Positions 30,088 to 40,039 of a DNA stretch of 64,000 nucleotides are shown piece after piece. This DNA is from Acidimicrobiia bacterium (lineage in GTDB: Bacteria; Actinomycetota; Acidimicrobiia; Spongiisociales; SHLN01): contig JBFKDW010000001.1 of assembly GCA_041619515.1 (NCBI GenBank), positions 15,129-79,128 on the forward strand. Direction: 5' to 3'. The notes beneath the pieces are model-generated. The model worked only from the letters and a program-made list of their open reading frames with translations. It searched no databases and was not told where the DNA came from. Each line of letters begins with the position of its first letter. Position 1 is the stretch's first letter. The position numbers and the translations under genes are program-made.

Positions 30088-31748
30088 GCCACCACCCGCA
30101 TGATTTCCTCGAGAGACGTCATGCCGGAGGCCACCTTTTCCAAGCCGTCCTGCCACAGGGTCGTCATACCCTCTTCGATGGCAACGGCCTGGATCTCGTC
30201 GGAGGGGCGCCGCTCGACAGACATCCGCTGAATGTCCTCACTGACGAGCAGAACCTCGTGAAGCGCCAGGCGACCGCGATAACCGGTGTTGGCGCACGAC
30301 TGACACCCGACCGCTTCGAAGACATGCTTGGGCACGTCGAGGCCGGCAGCCTCGAACTTGTCGGCAGCGGGCGCCGCCTCCTGGCGGCACTTGTCACACA
30401 ATCGGCGCGCCAGCCGCTGAGCCAGGATGGCGTCTATCGACGATGCCACCAGATACGGCTCCACGTCCATTTCGATGAGGCGGCCGATGCTGGAAGACGA
30501 GTCATTCGTGTGCAGGGTGGAGAGCACGAGGTGGCCGGTGAGGGCGGCCTCGATCGCGATCTGCGCCGTCTCCCGGTCGCGAATCTCACCGATGAGCGCG
30601 ATGTCGGGGTCGGCGCGCAATATCGACCGTAGCGCCGAGGCAAACGTCAGGCCGGCTTTGCGGTTGACCTGGACCTGGGTGATCCCGGCCAGCCGATACT
30701 CGACCGGGTCTTCCGTCGTGATGATGTTCACTTCCGGCCGGTTGAGCACGTTGAGCGTGGCGTACAGCGTCGTGGACTTCCCAGAACCGGTCGGGCCGGT
30801 CACGAGAATGGCTCCGTAGGGCTTGGTGTAGGACGACTCGAAGCGGGCAAGGTTGTGAGCGCTGAAGCCGAGGTCGGTCAGCTCCAGCAAGATGGAGCTT
30901 CGATCCAGGATCCGAAGCACCACCTTCTCACCGTAGACCGAGGGCAGCGTCGCGACACGCAGGTCGACCTGGCGGCCCTGGACTTTGAGGCTGATACGGC
31001 CATCCTGTGGGATCCGTCGCTCGGCGATATTGATGTCCGCCATGATCTTGAGGCGGCTCACCATGGCGTTGGTTATCGAGCGGGGGGTGGTCATCGCCTC
31101 GTGCAGAACGCCGTCGATCCGGAAGCGGACCCGCAGGTCCTTCTCCCCCGGCTCGATATGGATGTCCGAGGCACGTTCGTTCATTGCCCGCGTGATGATC
31201 GTGTTCACCAGCTTGACGACCGGTGCTTCGTCGACCGAGGCTTCGATGGCGCTGAGGTCCTCGACTTCCGCTCCCTCGTCGAGCAGATCACCGAATTCCG
31301 AGACGGCATCATCGAACTGAGCCATCCTCGAAAGAGCATCCATGACCTCAGTGCGCGTGGCTACCTTGGGGCGGACATCCATGCCGGTGATGGCCCGGAT
31401 ATCGTCGATCGCCAGCACGTTGGCCGGGTCTGCCATTGCGACGATCAGGCTGCCGTCTTCGGAGAATCCGATGGGGATGGCGGCGTAGCGGCGGGCGAGG
31501 GCTTCCGGTACGAGAGCACTCGCCGAGGGATCGATGGTGACCTCGTCGAGGGCGACGAACTCCAGCCCGATATGGCGGGCAAGGGTCTTGACGAGATCGG
31601 TTTCCTTGACGAAACCCTCTTCCACGAGGATCCGCCCGAGAGGCATTCCGCTTTCGGCTTGAATCTCGGTCGCACGATCGAGATCGGCCCTGCTCAGCAG
31701 GCCTTCCTGGAGCAGCATCGTGCCGAGATGCCGCGCTTCGGTAGTCAC
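30084..31748 (-). CDS. pilB: Type IV pilus assembly (extension) ATPase PilB with N-terminal MshEN-type domain
   Basis: GspE-family core with Walker A GPTGSGKST and tetracysteine zinc motif (CDKC...CQSC). The N-terminus HLGTMLLQEGLLSRADLDRATEIQ and LGRILVEEGFVKETDLVKTLARHIG matches the tandem MshEN consensus RLGxxLLxxGLLxxxxLxxxLxxQ. Confidence 0.9.
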   Translation of the reverse strand: MTTEARHLGTMLLQEGLLSRADLDRATEIQAESGMPLGRILVEEGFVKETDLVKTLARHIGLEFVALDEVTIDPSASALVPEALARRYAAIPIGFSEDGSLIVAMADPANVLAIDDIRAITGMDVRPKVATRTEVMDALSRMAQFDDAVSEFGDLLDEGAEVEDLSAIEASVDEAPVVKLVNTIITRAMNERASDIHIEPGEKDLRVRFRIDGVLHEAMTTPRSITNAMVSRLKIMADINIAERRIPQDGRISLKVQGRQVDLRVATLPSVYGEKVVLRILDRSSILLELTDLGFSAHNLARFESSYTKPYGAILVTGPTGSGKSTTLYATLNVLNRPEVNIITTEDPVEYRLAGITQVQVNRKAGLTFASALRSILRADPDIALIGEIRDRETAQIAIEAALTGHLVLSTLHTNDSSSSIGRLIEMDVEPYLVASSIDAILAQRLARRLCDKCRQEAAPAADKFEAAGLDVPKHVFEAVGCQSCANTGYRGRLALHEVLLVSEDIQRMSVERRPSDEIQAVAIEEGMTTLWQDGLEKVASGMTSLEEIMRVVA

Positions 31749-31801
31749 GTTGTCTCCTTGCCTCTATCCCGGTGGGCTTTCGGCAGTGAATGGGTGAGGC
31801 T

Positions 31802-32590
31802 TTAGAGATTCGACCCCGGCGAGTGGTCACGCGCAACGGCCTCTCGCATCGCCGAAAGAGAGGGGGTCACGCCGGTCCAGAGCTCGAAGGAAAGGGCCGC
31901 CTGATGCAGCAGCATTTCGATCCCTTCCACCACGGGTATGCCGAGGCCGGCTGCATGCTCGACTGCCGGAGTTGGGACCGGACCGTAAGGCATATCGAAG
32001 AGTCCGCCGGCCGATTCGAGGAGGCGATCGGGAAGGTGCCGGGCGTGCATCCCGAGCGGGGTGGCGTTGACCACCACTGCCCCATCGATCGGCTCACCCC
32101 AGCGGGCTACCGTGGCTTCGACACCGGTCCTGGTGATCAGCGCCGCGGCTGCCTCGGGGCGTCGCGCGGCCACCATGAGTGGTCGGCCCTCGAGCGCCAC
32201 CATGGCAGCGGCAGCGGCGCCGCCGGCGCCCAGGAGGAGCACCGCACCGTCGGGGAGGCCGTCCCAGGCCCGTCTGATCGCTTCGACATCGGTCGACTCT
32301 CCAATAACGACGCCGTCGGACACGATGAGGGTGTTGACGCTGGCGGCCCGATCGGCCTCAGGCCCGACGACGTCGACCAGGCGGGAGGCCAGCGCCTTGT
32401 GGGGCATGGTGACGTTGGCGCCATCGAGCCCACCGCGCCGCAGGTCGGCGACGGCGGCCTCCATCCCGGCCGCATCGGTTCGGCGTGCCACGTACGATCC
32501 ATCGACGCCGGCCGCTCGCAGCGCGGCGGTGTGCAGCCGTGGCGACAGGCTGTGTGACACCGGGTCACCGAGCAGCGCGAGCTTCAGCAT
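31802..32590 (-). CDS. aroE: Shikimate dehydrogenase
   Basis: Contains LGDPVSHSLSPRLH...NVTMPHK...LLLGAGGAAAAA, an AroE. Confidence 0.85.
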   Translation of the reverse strand: MLKLALLGDPVSHSLSPRLHTAALRAAGVDGSYVARRTDAAGMEAAVADLRRGGLDGANVTMPHKALASRLVDVVGPEADRAASVNTLIVSDGVVIGESTDVEAIRRAWDGLPDGAVLLLGAGGAAAAAMVALEGRPLMVAARRPEAAAALITRTGVEATVARWGEPIDGAVVVNATPLGMHARHLPDRLLESAGGLFDMPYGPVPTPAVEHAAGLGIPVVEGIEMLLHQAALSFELWTGVTPSLSAMREAVARDHSPGSNL

Positions 32591-32649
32591 TCCGGCACGG
32601 TAGTGCTGCCCGGCTCCGGTCCGGCCGATGAGGGCACGGCCGGTGCCTT

Positions 32650-33768
32650 CTAGATCACTCCTTCAGCCCGCGCCTTGGCTACCTTGGCGTTGTGTTCGTC
32701 GAGGGTTGATGAGAAGCCATGGCGGCCGTCGAAGTCCACCACCACGTAGTAGTAGAAGTTGGTGTCGGCCGGATCGGCGGCCGCCTCCAGCGAGGCGCGC
32801 CGGACCGCGCCGATGGGAGTGGGCACCAGGCCGGCATATCTATAGGTGTTGTACAGCGAGTCGATCTCGCGATCTACCGCCAGCGGCACTCCCCGCACCC
32901 CCTTGGCATACACGAGAGCGGCGTCGATGTTGAGCCCCTGGCCGATGGCGAGCCTGTTGTAGATGACGCTGCTGATCAGCGGGCGGTCCTCGTCGAGCTT
33001 CGCCTCGGCCTCGACCATCGAGGCAACGATGAGCGCATCGTAGATGGCTTCGTTGGTGGCGGTCTCGGGATCATCCACGAAGCCGAGCGATTCGAGCCGC
33101 GACCAGTCGACGGCGGCCACGCGGTCTTCCATCGTGGAAACCAGCGTGCCGACAATGGTGTCGGGGGTGGCGTCGACGAAGAACTCATACGTGTCCGGGA
33201 ACAGGAGGCCCTCCCACTGGCTGAGGCGGTCACCGCTCATGGACTCCGGCATGAGGTTGGATGTCACCCGTCCCGACAGGAGCGGCTCGGACAACTCCTC
33301 GGCGGTGTACTCCGTTTGCCTGGCCAGAGACGCAATGACTTCATCGACCCAGAGGCCCTCGATGACGGTGATTCGGAAGGTCTGCCCGCCCACCGGCCCC
33401 CGCACCAGCTCCTCGAGCACGGCGTCGACGCCCATTCCCGTGGTCAGGCTGTAGGAACCGGCTTTCAGGACGGCGTTCAAACCCCGGACTGCGACCTCGT
33501 CGACGAATTCGACCGAAGAGGCGATGACTCCGGCGTCGGCGAGGAGCGAGCCGATGTTGCGGGCAGTGGACCCGCTCGGAATGTCGACTGCCACCGGAAG
33601 CCCTGCCACAAGGGTGGAGGCGGCCTCCGGGCGAACCGCCTCCCCTGCCCAGCTCCCGATCCGGACGGTGGCAAACGCCCCGGCTGTCAGGAGCACCAGG
33701 GTGACGAGCGGCGCCACCCAGAACGGACGGCGCGGCGGAATTGGATCGTATTGAGGGACGACGGTCAT
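32650..33768 (-). CDS. mltG: Endolytic murein transglycosylase MltG (YceG-like)
   Basis: N-terminal TM and a YceG domain (GSYSLTTGM...YNTYRYAGLVPTPI). Confidence 0.8.
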   Translation of the reverse strand: MTVVPQYDPIPPRRPFWVAPLVTLVLLTAGAFATVRIGSWAGEAVRPEAASTLVAGLPVAVDIPSGSTARNIGSLLADAGVIASSVEFVDEVAVRGLNAVLKAGSYSLTTGMGVDAVLEELVRGPVGGQTFRITVIEGLWVDEVIASLARQTEYTAEELSEPLLSGRVTSNLMPESMSGDRLSQWEGLLFPDTYEFFVDATPDTIVGTLVSTMEDRVAAVDWSRLESLGFVDDPETATNEAIYDALIVASMVEAEAKLDEDRPLISSVIYNRLAIGQGLNIDAALVYAKGVRGVPLAVDREIDSLYNTYRYAGLVPTPIGAVRRASLEAAADPADTNFYYYVVVDFDGRHGFSSTLDEHNAKVAKARAEGVI

Positions 33769-34169
33769 CGTTGAGAATCTAGGTGACCCTGCAACATAAC
33801 TGTTGCCGCCATCTTGTCGCGGATATCGCGTCGTTTTTTCCGGCGCACCCCGCCGGCGATGAGGGCGTCCTCCGCCAGCTTGGTCGTGAACCGTTCGTCG
33901 ACGAACACAACTTCCAGGCCGGAATGATCCGCCACCCGCTCCCCGAAGGAGCGGGCCGCGGCTGCCGACGCCCCCTCCTCTCCCGACAGCGCCACGGGAA
34001 GACCGACGATGATGGCATCGATGTCCTCTGCTGCGAGGATCTCATCCAGAGCCGGCAGCAGCTCGGCGGCATCGACCACTGCGTATGGGGATGCGATCAG
34101 GCGTGACGAGTCCGATATCGCAACACCGACCCGCCTGGTTCCGTAGTCGAGGCCGAGCAGGCGTCCCAA
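33765..34169 (-). CDS. ruvX: Putative pre-16S rRNA nuclease / Holliday junction resolvase-like YqgF
   Basis: LLGLDYGTRRVGVAISD...AIIVGLP...FVDERFTT. Confidence 0.85.
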   Translation of the reverse strand: MGRLLGLDYGTRRVGVAISDSSRLIASPYAVVDAAELLPALDEILAAEDIDAIIVGLPVALSGEEGASAAAARSFGERVADHSGLEVVFVDERFTTKLAEDALIAGGVRRKKRRDIRDKMAATVMLQGHLDSQR

Positions 34170-34174
34170 GGTGC

Positions 34175-36790
34175 CTACAGGCTGGAGAGCAGCTCGTGGA
34201 GCTCCCGGCCGGCCACCTCGAGTGCCTCGGCGAGCTGCTCGCCTTTCGGGCCTCCGGCCTGGGCGACTTCGTCGTCGCCCCCACCACCGCCCCCCACGAC
34301 CCGAGCCGGCCCTCCGATGAGGCCCCGTGCCGAGACGCCGCGGCTGACGAGCTCCGGCGAGACGACCGCCACCAGCTGAGCCTTGCCGTCCCGCTCGGTC
34401 CCGAGCACGACGACGGCAGGAGCAACCCGGTCGCGAGCCTGGAACGCGAGCAGTCGCAGGTCTTCGGGGGAGGCGCCGGCCACCGCCGCCACCACGATGG
34501 CGTTGCCGTCGACCCGATCGGGGTCCGCCGCCAGGTTCCCGGCGGCTTCAGCCCGGTACCGGTCCTCGAAAGCGCCGAGACGCTCCTCCTGCTGTCGGGA
34601 TCTGTCCAGCAGGGCCGTCAGGGCCGGTCCCACGTTTCCCACCCCGGTGTGGAGAGCGGCCGCCGCCCCCTCCAGCTCCGCCCGCAGGGCCACAATGTGC
34701 TCGTAGGCCGCCGAGCCCGTCAGCGCCTCCACCCGGCGCATGTTGGAGCCGATCGAGCCCTCGGAGGTGATGATGAGCGGGCCGACCTGGCCGGTGGTCG
34801 CAGTATGAGTTCCCCCACACAGCTCCCGGGAGAAATCCCCCGCCTCGACCACACGCACCGTCTCACCGTACTTGTCGCCGAAGAACGCGATCGCCCCCAT
34901 CGCCTCGGCTTCCTGTTTCGACGTCTCGAATGCAGTCACCCGGGCGTTCTCTATCACGTGATCATTGGAAAGTGCCTCCACAGCAGCCAGCTCTCCGGGA
35001 TCGAGGGCGGCGTGGTGCGAGAAGTCGAATCGGAGCCTTCCCGCCTCTACCAGCGACCCGGCCTGGCGGGCATGGTCGCCGAGAATGGAACGCAGGGCCG
35101 AATGGAGAATATGGGTGCCGGTGTGGCTCTTGCGGATGCGTTCCCGCCGGGCCCGGTCGATCTCGGCGTTGGCATCTTGATCCAGCCGGATGGCCCCCCT
35201 GGTCACCTTGACCTGATGGCTGTTGATGCCCTGAATGGCGAACTGGGTGTCGGTTACGACGGCCGAGCCGGTCTCGGTCCAGAGCGTCCCCGAGTCGCCC
35301 ACCTGCCCTCCGGCTTCGGCGTAGAAGGGAGTTCGGTCGAGGAAGACCTCGCCGCGCTCACCTTCGGCGAGCTGCTCCACCGGCTCGCCTTCCCGGAGCA
35401 GGGCAACAATCCGGCTCTGAGCTTCCTCGAAGTCGTACCCGAGGAAGTCGGTGAGGTCGACCGCCCCCAGCACCCTGCGGTACTCCTCGGTCTCGGCGGC
35501 AGCCCCTCCGCCCTTCCATGCTTCCCGTGCCTGGCGCCGCTGGCGATCCATGGCAGACTCGAACCCGGCCTCGTCGACGGCGATGCCTCGCTCGGCGGCT
35601 ATCTCGGTGGTCACCTCGATGGGGAACCCGTAGGTGTCGTGCAGCTTGAAGGCAACATCTCCAGGCAATGTGTCGGAGACCCGGCCGAGCTCCTGATCGA
35701 GAAGGGTGCTGCCGGTCTCCAGGGTGCGCCGGAAACTGCTCTCCTCACGACCGGCGCTTTCGAGTATGTGGGTGCGACGCTGATGCAAATCCGGGTAGGC
35801 GTTCTCCATCACGTCGATGGTTGCCTGTATGAGCACCTCGGTGACCGGCTCGTTCCCCCCAAGCGTCCAGGCCCGGCGGACCGCACGGCGAATCAGGCGC
35901 CGCAACACGTACCCCCGGCCCTCGTTCGACGGAACCACCCCGTCGTCGATCAGGAAGGTCATGGCCCGGCCGTGGTCGGCGAGAATGCGCAAACTGATGT
36001 CGGTGTGCTCGTCCTCCCCGTAGCGCCTGTCGAGATACCGTTCTGCCGCCTCCCGGACCGGTACGAGGGTGTCGATCTCGAAGACGGTGTCCTTCCCCTG
36101 GAGCACCATCGCCACCCGCTCCAGTCCGGCCCCGGTGTCGATGTTCTTGGCCGGGAGGTCACCGATCACCCGGTATGGCTCGTCCTGGATGTTTTGCATG
36201 AACACGAGGTTCCAGATCTCTGTGAACCGTTCCTCGTCGACGACCGGGCCCCCGTCCGGTCCGTAGGCCGCCCCCTTGTCGTAGAAGATCTCCGAGGACG
36301 GCCCGCACGGGCCAGGTACGCCCATTTGCCAGAAGTTGTCGCGGTCGCGTCGCTGCAGCCGGTCGGCGGGCACTCCGACCCCGTCGAGCCAGATCTCGGC
36401 CGCCTCGTCGTCGTCCTTGTAGACCGTGTACCAAAGACGGTCCGGGTCCAGCCCGAAGACCTCGGTGATGAGGTCGTAGGCATAGGGAATCGCCTTCTCT
36501 TTGAAGTAGTCGCCGAAGCTGAAGTTGCCGAGCATCTCGAAAAACGTGAGGTGGCGGGCGGTTGTCCCGATGATGTCGATGTCACTCGTCCGCGCCACCT
36601 TCTGGACGGTGACGGCTCGCGGATACGGTGGCTTCTCCTCGCCGAGCATGTACGGCTTGAATTGCACCATCCCCGCATTGGTGAGCAACAGTGTCGGGTC
36701 GGGCGGTATCAACGACGCGCTCGGCACCCGGGTGTGGCCCCGGGCGACGAAGAAATCGATGAAACCGTTGCGAATCGCGTTGTGGTCCAT
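34175..36790 (-). CDS. alaS: Alanine--tRNA ligase
   Basis: MDHNAIRNGFIDFFVARGHTRVPSASLIPPDPTLLLTNAGMVQFKP, the class II core, an editing domain (HTGTHILH..CGGTH) and a C-terminal DHHA1. Start at the ATG at 36790. ORF 34175..37309 is over-extended. Confidence 0.85.
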   Translation of the reverse strand: MDHNAIRNGFIDFFVARGHTRVPSASLIPPDPTLLLTNAGMVQFKPYMLGEEKPPYPRAVTVQKVARTSDIDIIGTTARHLTFFEMLGNFSFGDYFKEKAIPYAYDLITEVFGLDPDRLWYTVYKDDDEAAEIWLDGVGVPADRLQRRDRDNFWQMGVPGPCGPSSEIFYDKGAAYGPDGGPVVDEERFTEIWNLVFMQNIQDEPYRVIGDLPAKNIDTGAGLERVAMVLQGKDTVFEIDTLVPVREAAERYLDRRYGEDEHTDISLRILADHGRAMTFLIDDGVVPSNEGRGYVLRRLIRRAVRRAWTLGGNEPVTEVLIQATIDVMENAYPDLHQRRTHILESAGREESSFRRTLETGSTLLDQELGRVSDTLPGDVAFKLHDTYGFPIEVTTEIAAERGIAVDEAGFESAMDRQRRQAREAWKGGGAAAETEEYRRVLGAVDLTDFLGYDFEEAQSRIVALLREGEPVEQLAEGERGEVFLDRTPFYAEAGGQVGDSGTLWTETGSAVVTDTQFAIQGINSHQVKVTRGAIRLDQDANAEIDRARRERIRKSHTGTHILHSALRSILGDHARQAGSLVEAGRLRFDFSHHAALDPGELAAVEALSNDHVIENARVTAFETSKQEAEAMGAIAFFGDKYGETVRVVEAGDFSRELCGGTHTATTGQVGPLIITSEGSIGSNMRRVEALTGSAAYEHIVALRAELEGAAAALHTGVGNVGPALTALLDRSRQQEERLGAFEDRYRAEAAGNLAADPDRVDGNAIVVAAVAGASPEDLRLLAFQARDRVAPAVVVLGTERDGKAQLVAVVSPELVSRGVSARGLIGGPARVVGGGGGGDDEVAQAGGPKGEQLAEALEVAGRELHELLSSL

Positions 36791-36875
36791 GGGTTCTGTG
36801 AGGTTAGCGTTGCCCTCCGGGGCACCCTCGCTCGTCGATGAGACCATCGGCCTGCGACCCGGGGGCGTCTGGCGG

Positions 36876-38207
36876 CTAGCGCCTCTTGCCCAGCGTCTCA
36901 TCCCGGGCCGCCTGGGCGTCCGCCAGGTCGGCCTCCTCGCCGCGGCGCCCGGGGCTGTAGAGAATGGCGTCTTGCAGGCCTTCGGGCAGATAGTGCTGGG
37001 CAACCACGCCGGACGGTGCGTCGTGCGGATACTGGTAGCCGGCGCCGTGCCCGAGCTGGGCGGCACCCGGATAGCTCGATCCTCGCAGGTGAATGGGAAC
37101 TTCGGTCGTGGGTTGGGCGCGGACGGCCTCCCTGGCAGAGCCCATGGCGCGAGTGACCGAATTCGACTTGGGGGCAAGGGCGAGATAGAGCGCGGCGTGA
37201 GAAAGCGCATAGGCGGCCTCCGGCAGCCCGGCATAGGCGAGGGCCCCGGCTGCGTCGGTGGCCACCGCCAGCGCTCTCGAGTCGGCCAGGCCGATGTCCT
37301 CGGAGGCAAGGATGATCATGCGCCTGGCAATGAATTCGGGATCTTCGCCGGCTTCGAGCATCACGTGCAGCCAGTAGATCGCGGCATCGGGATCGGAGCC
37401 CCGCAGGCTCTTGATGAACGCCGAGATGACGTCGTAGTGCCGGTCCCCGCCCTTGTCGTAGCGAATGATTCGACGCTGAAGCGCCTCCTCGACGTCGCCG
37501 ACGGTGATGGACTTCTCTCCCCGGCCGGCGACGAGGGTGGCGGCAGTCTCGAGCGCGTTGAGGGCCAGGCGGGCATCCCCGCCTACCCGCTCCGCAAGTT
37601 CAGTGGCGGCATCGTCATCAAGATCCAGACCCAGCGAGGCAATGCCGCGCTCGTCGTCCGCAAGAGCCCGGTCCAGCAGGATCGAGATGTCGGCCGGCTC
37701 GAGCGGGGCGAGCCGAAACAGGCTGGACCGGCTGATGAGCGGAGAGTTCACCTCGAAGAATGGGTTCTCGGTGGTTGCTCCCACCAGAATGATCGTGCCG
37801 TCCTCCACTCCGGGCAGCAGACCGTCCTGCTGGGCCTTGGTGAAGCGGTGGATCTCGTCGAGAAACAGCACGGTGCGCCCGAGCCCCTCACCCAGCCGCT
37901 CCCGTGCGGCGGCCAGCACTTCCCGCACATCTTTGATTCCGGCCGAAACCGCCGACAGTTGTTCGAAAAAGCCGTCGGTGGTGGTGGCGATGAGGCGCGC
38001 CAGCGTGGTCTTGCCGGTTCCGGGCGGCCCCCACAGGATCATCGAGGGTGGCCGTCCGCTCTCGACGACGGTTCGAAAGGCGGCGCCGCTGCCAACCAGC
38101 GCTTCCTGCCCAACCACCTCATCGAGGGTGCGCGGCCGCATGCGTGCCGCCAGCGGGGCTGCCGCCCCGCGCCGCTGCTCCCGCTCGGCCTCGAACAGAT
38201 CCGCCAT
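36876..38207 (-). CDS. rarA: Replication-associated recombination protein A (AAA+ ATPase RarA/MgsA)
   Basis: Contains ILWGPPGTGKTTLA, DEIHRF, and RarA C-terminal domains. Confidence 0.85.
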   Translation of the reverse strand: MADLFEAEREQRRGAAAPLAARMRPRTLDEVVGQEALVGSGAAFRTVVESGRPPSMILWGPPGTGKTTLARLIATTTDGFFEQLSAVSAGIKDVREVLAAARERLGEGLGRTVLFLDEIHRFTKAQQDGLLPGVEDGTIILVGATTENPFFEVNSPLISRSSLFRLAPLEPADISILLDRALADDERGIASLGLDLDDDAATELAERVGGDARLALNALETAATLVAGRGEKSITVGDVEEALQRRIIRYDKGGDRHYDVISAFIKSLRGSDPDAAIYWLHVMLEAGEDPEFIARRMIILASEDIGLADSRALAVATDAAGALAYAGLPEAAYALSHAALYLALAPKSNSVTRAMGSAREAVRAQPTTEVPIHLRGSSYPGAAQLGHGAGYQYPHDAPSGVVAQHYLPEGLQDAILYSPGRRGEEADLADAQAARDETLGKRR

Positions 38208-40039
38208 CAGGCTCCTCCCTGTGGATCCCCTTCTGGCGCCGAGCCACCGGTGTGTTCGCCCGCCAGCCGGGCGGCTCGCACCTCCGGCAGCAGGTCGATG
38301 CCGAGCTCGGCCAGCTGATGATCCTCCACCGGTGAAGGCGAGCCGGTGAGAGGGTCCACCCCGGTCTGGGTCTTCGGGAATGGGATCACTTCGCGAATGT
38401 TGGGCTCACCCTGCAGGATGCTGACGAGCCGGGCGATACCGATGGCGAACCCGGCGTGGGGCGGTGTGCCATATCCGAGGGCCTCCACGAACCAACCGAA
38501 GCGGCGCTCCGCCTCCTCGGGGTTGATCCCGAGGATCTCGAACACCTTGCGCTGAGTGGCGGCATCGTGGATTCGAACGCTCCCCGACCCGAGCTCGGCC
38601 CCGTTGAGGACGAGATCGTACGCTCGCGAGATGGCGGTTGCCGGGCTGATGCCCATCTCCTCGACATCGACCGGAGCCGTGAACGGATGGTGGGCTGCGA
38701 CGAGCTCGCCGGTGGTGGTTTCTTCGAACACCGGGAAGTCGACCACCCATAGAAAGTTGAGCTCGTCGTGCCCCGGCGGGGAGCCAAACCGGACGCGAAA
38801 CCTCCCGAGCACCTCGGCGGCGACCCTGCTCCGGTCGGCGACGATCAACACGTGGTCACCCGGCGAGGCCGAAAGAGTCGTGGTGACACCCTCGAGCTCT
38901 TCGGCGGAAAGGAACTTGGCGACCGGCGAGCGCACCCCACCGTCATCCTCGACGACCATCCATACCAGCCCGCCGGCTCCGGCGGCTTTGGCGTCGTCGA
39001 CGAGCGCGTCGAGGCCCGATCGGCTCATGTCCTGCCGGCCGATGTTGAGCCCCCTCACAACGCCTCCGCCCGCGATCGCCCCCGAGAAGGCCTTGAACCC
39101 GGTGTCGGCGAAGAGAGCGGTGAGGTCGGCGATCTCCATCCCGAAGCGCAGATCCGGCTTGTCGGTCCCGTAGCGATCCATGGCCTCGCGATAGGTGAGC
39201 CGCGGAAAGGGAGCGGCCAGCCCAACGCCGCGCACATCCTGGACCACGGCCACCACCACCGACTCGATCGTGGCGAGAACGTCTTCCTGATCCCAGAAGG
39301 AACCTTCCACGTCGAGCTGCGTGAACTCCAGCTGCCGATCTGCTCGAAAGTCTTCGTCCCGGTAGCAGCGGGCGATCTGGAAGTAGCGCTCGACTCCACC
39401 CACCATCAGCAGCTGCTTGAACAGCTGAGGACTTTGTGGCAGCGCGTAGAAATCCCCCAGTTGCAGCCGGCTCGGCACCAGCACGTCCCGCGCCCCTTCG
39501 GGTGTGGATTTGATGAGCGTCGGTGTCTCGATCTCGAGGAATCCGGCCTCGTGCAGGGTGCGTCTCATGGCGGCCACCGCTACCGACCGGGCTCGGATGT
39601 TGGCAGCGACCCGGGGTCGGCGCATGTCGAGATACCGGTACTTGAGCCGGACCAGCTCGTCCACGTCGGTGCGTTCGTCGAGCTGGAAGGGCAAGGCCCG
39701 GGAGGGGGAAAGAACGGTCAGCTCGGAGACAACCACTTCGACGTCGCCCGTCGGGAGCTCGAAGTTCTCACTCCCAGCCGGCCGCCGTGCCACCTCCCCC
39801 CTGACCGACACACAGAACTCGCGTTTGAGCGCAACGGCTTCGGGAACCACCTCAGGGTCGATCACCACCTGGACGACCCCCGACGCATCGCGCAGGTCGA
39901 CGAACACGACGCCGCCCTGGTCGCGAATGCGGGCGGTCCACCCGGCCATCAGCACGGTCCGGCCGACGTCCGCCGCCCGCACGTCACCGGCATGGGTGTC
40001 GCGATACTTCACGAGGTCCTCACTCGAGAGTGGATCCAC
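38207..40039 (-). CDS. aspS: Aspartate--tRNA ligase
   Basis: N-terminal OB anticodon-binding domain, class II motifs 1-3 and a GAD insertion. The start may lie slightly downstream of 40039. Confidence 0.9.
   Translation of the reverse strand: MDPLSSEDLVKYRDTHAGDVRAADVGRTVLMAGWTARIRDQGGVVFVDLRDASGVVQVVIDPEVVPEAVALKREFCVSVRGEVARRPAGSENFELPTGDVEVVVSELTVLSPSRALPFQLDERTDVDELVRLKYRYLDMRRPRVAANIRARSVAVAAMRRTLHEAGFLEIETPTLIKSTPEGARDVLVPSRLQLGDFYALPQSPQLFKQLLMVGGVERYFQIARCYRDEDFRADRQLEFTQLDVEGSFWDQEDVLATIESVVVAVVQDVRGVGLAAPFPRLTYREAMDRYGTDKPDLRFGMEIADLTALFADTGFKAFSGAIAGGGVVRGLNIGRQDMSRSGLDALVDDAKAAGAGGLVWMVVEDDGGVRSPVAKFLSAEELEGVTTTLSASPGDHVLIVADRSRVAAEVLGRFRVRFGSPPGHDELNFLWVVDFPVFEETTTGELVAAHHPFTAPVDVEEMGISPATAISRAYDLVLNGAELGSGSVRIHDAATQRKVFEILGINPEEAERRFGWFVEALGYGTPPHAGFAIGIARLVSILQGEPNIREVIPFPKTQTGVDPLTGSPSPVEDHQLAELGIDLLPEVRAARLAGEHTGGSAPEGDPQGGA

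Noticed and set aside
34085-38318. Very long plus-strand ORFs of 918 aa (34085..36841) and 597 aa (36525..38318). The same pattern occurs at 46183..48162, 12727..14025, 16083..17171 and 24222..25199
   Set aside because: All are antisense to clearly identified genes (alaS, rarA, rel, carB, carA, pilM) and are compositionally biased (R, G, P, H, D). No domain motif was seen.
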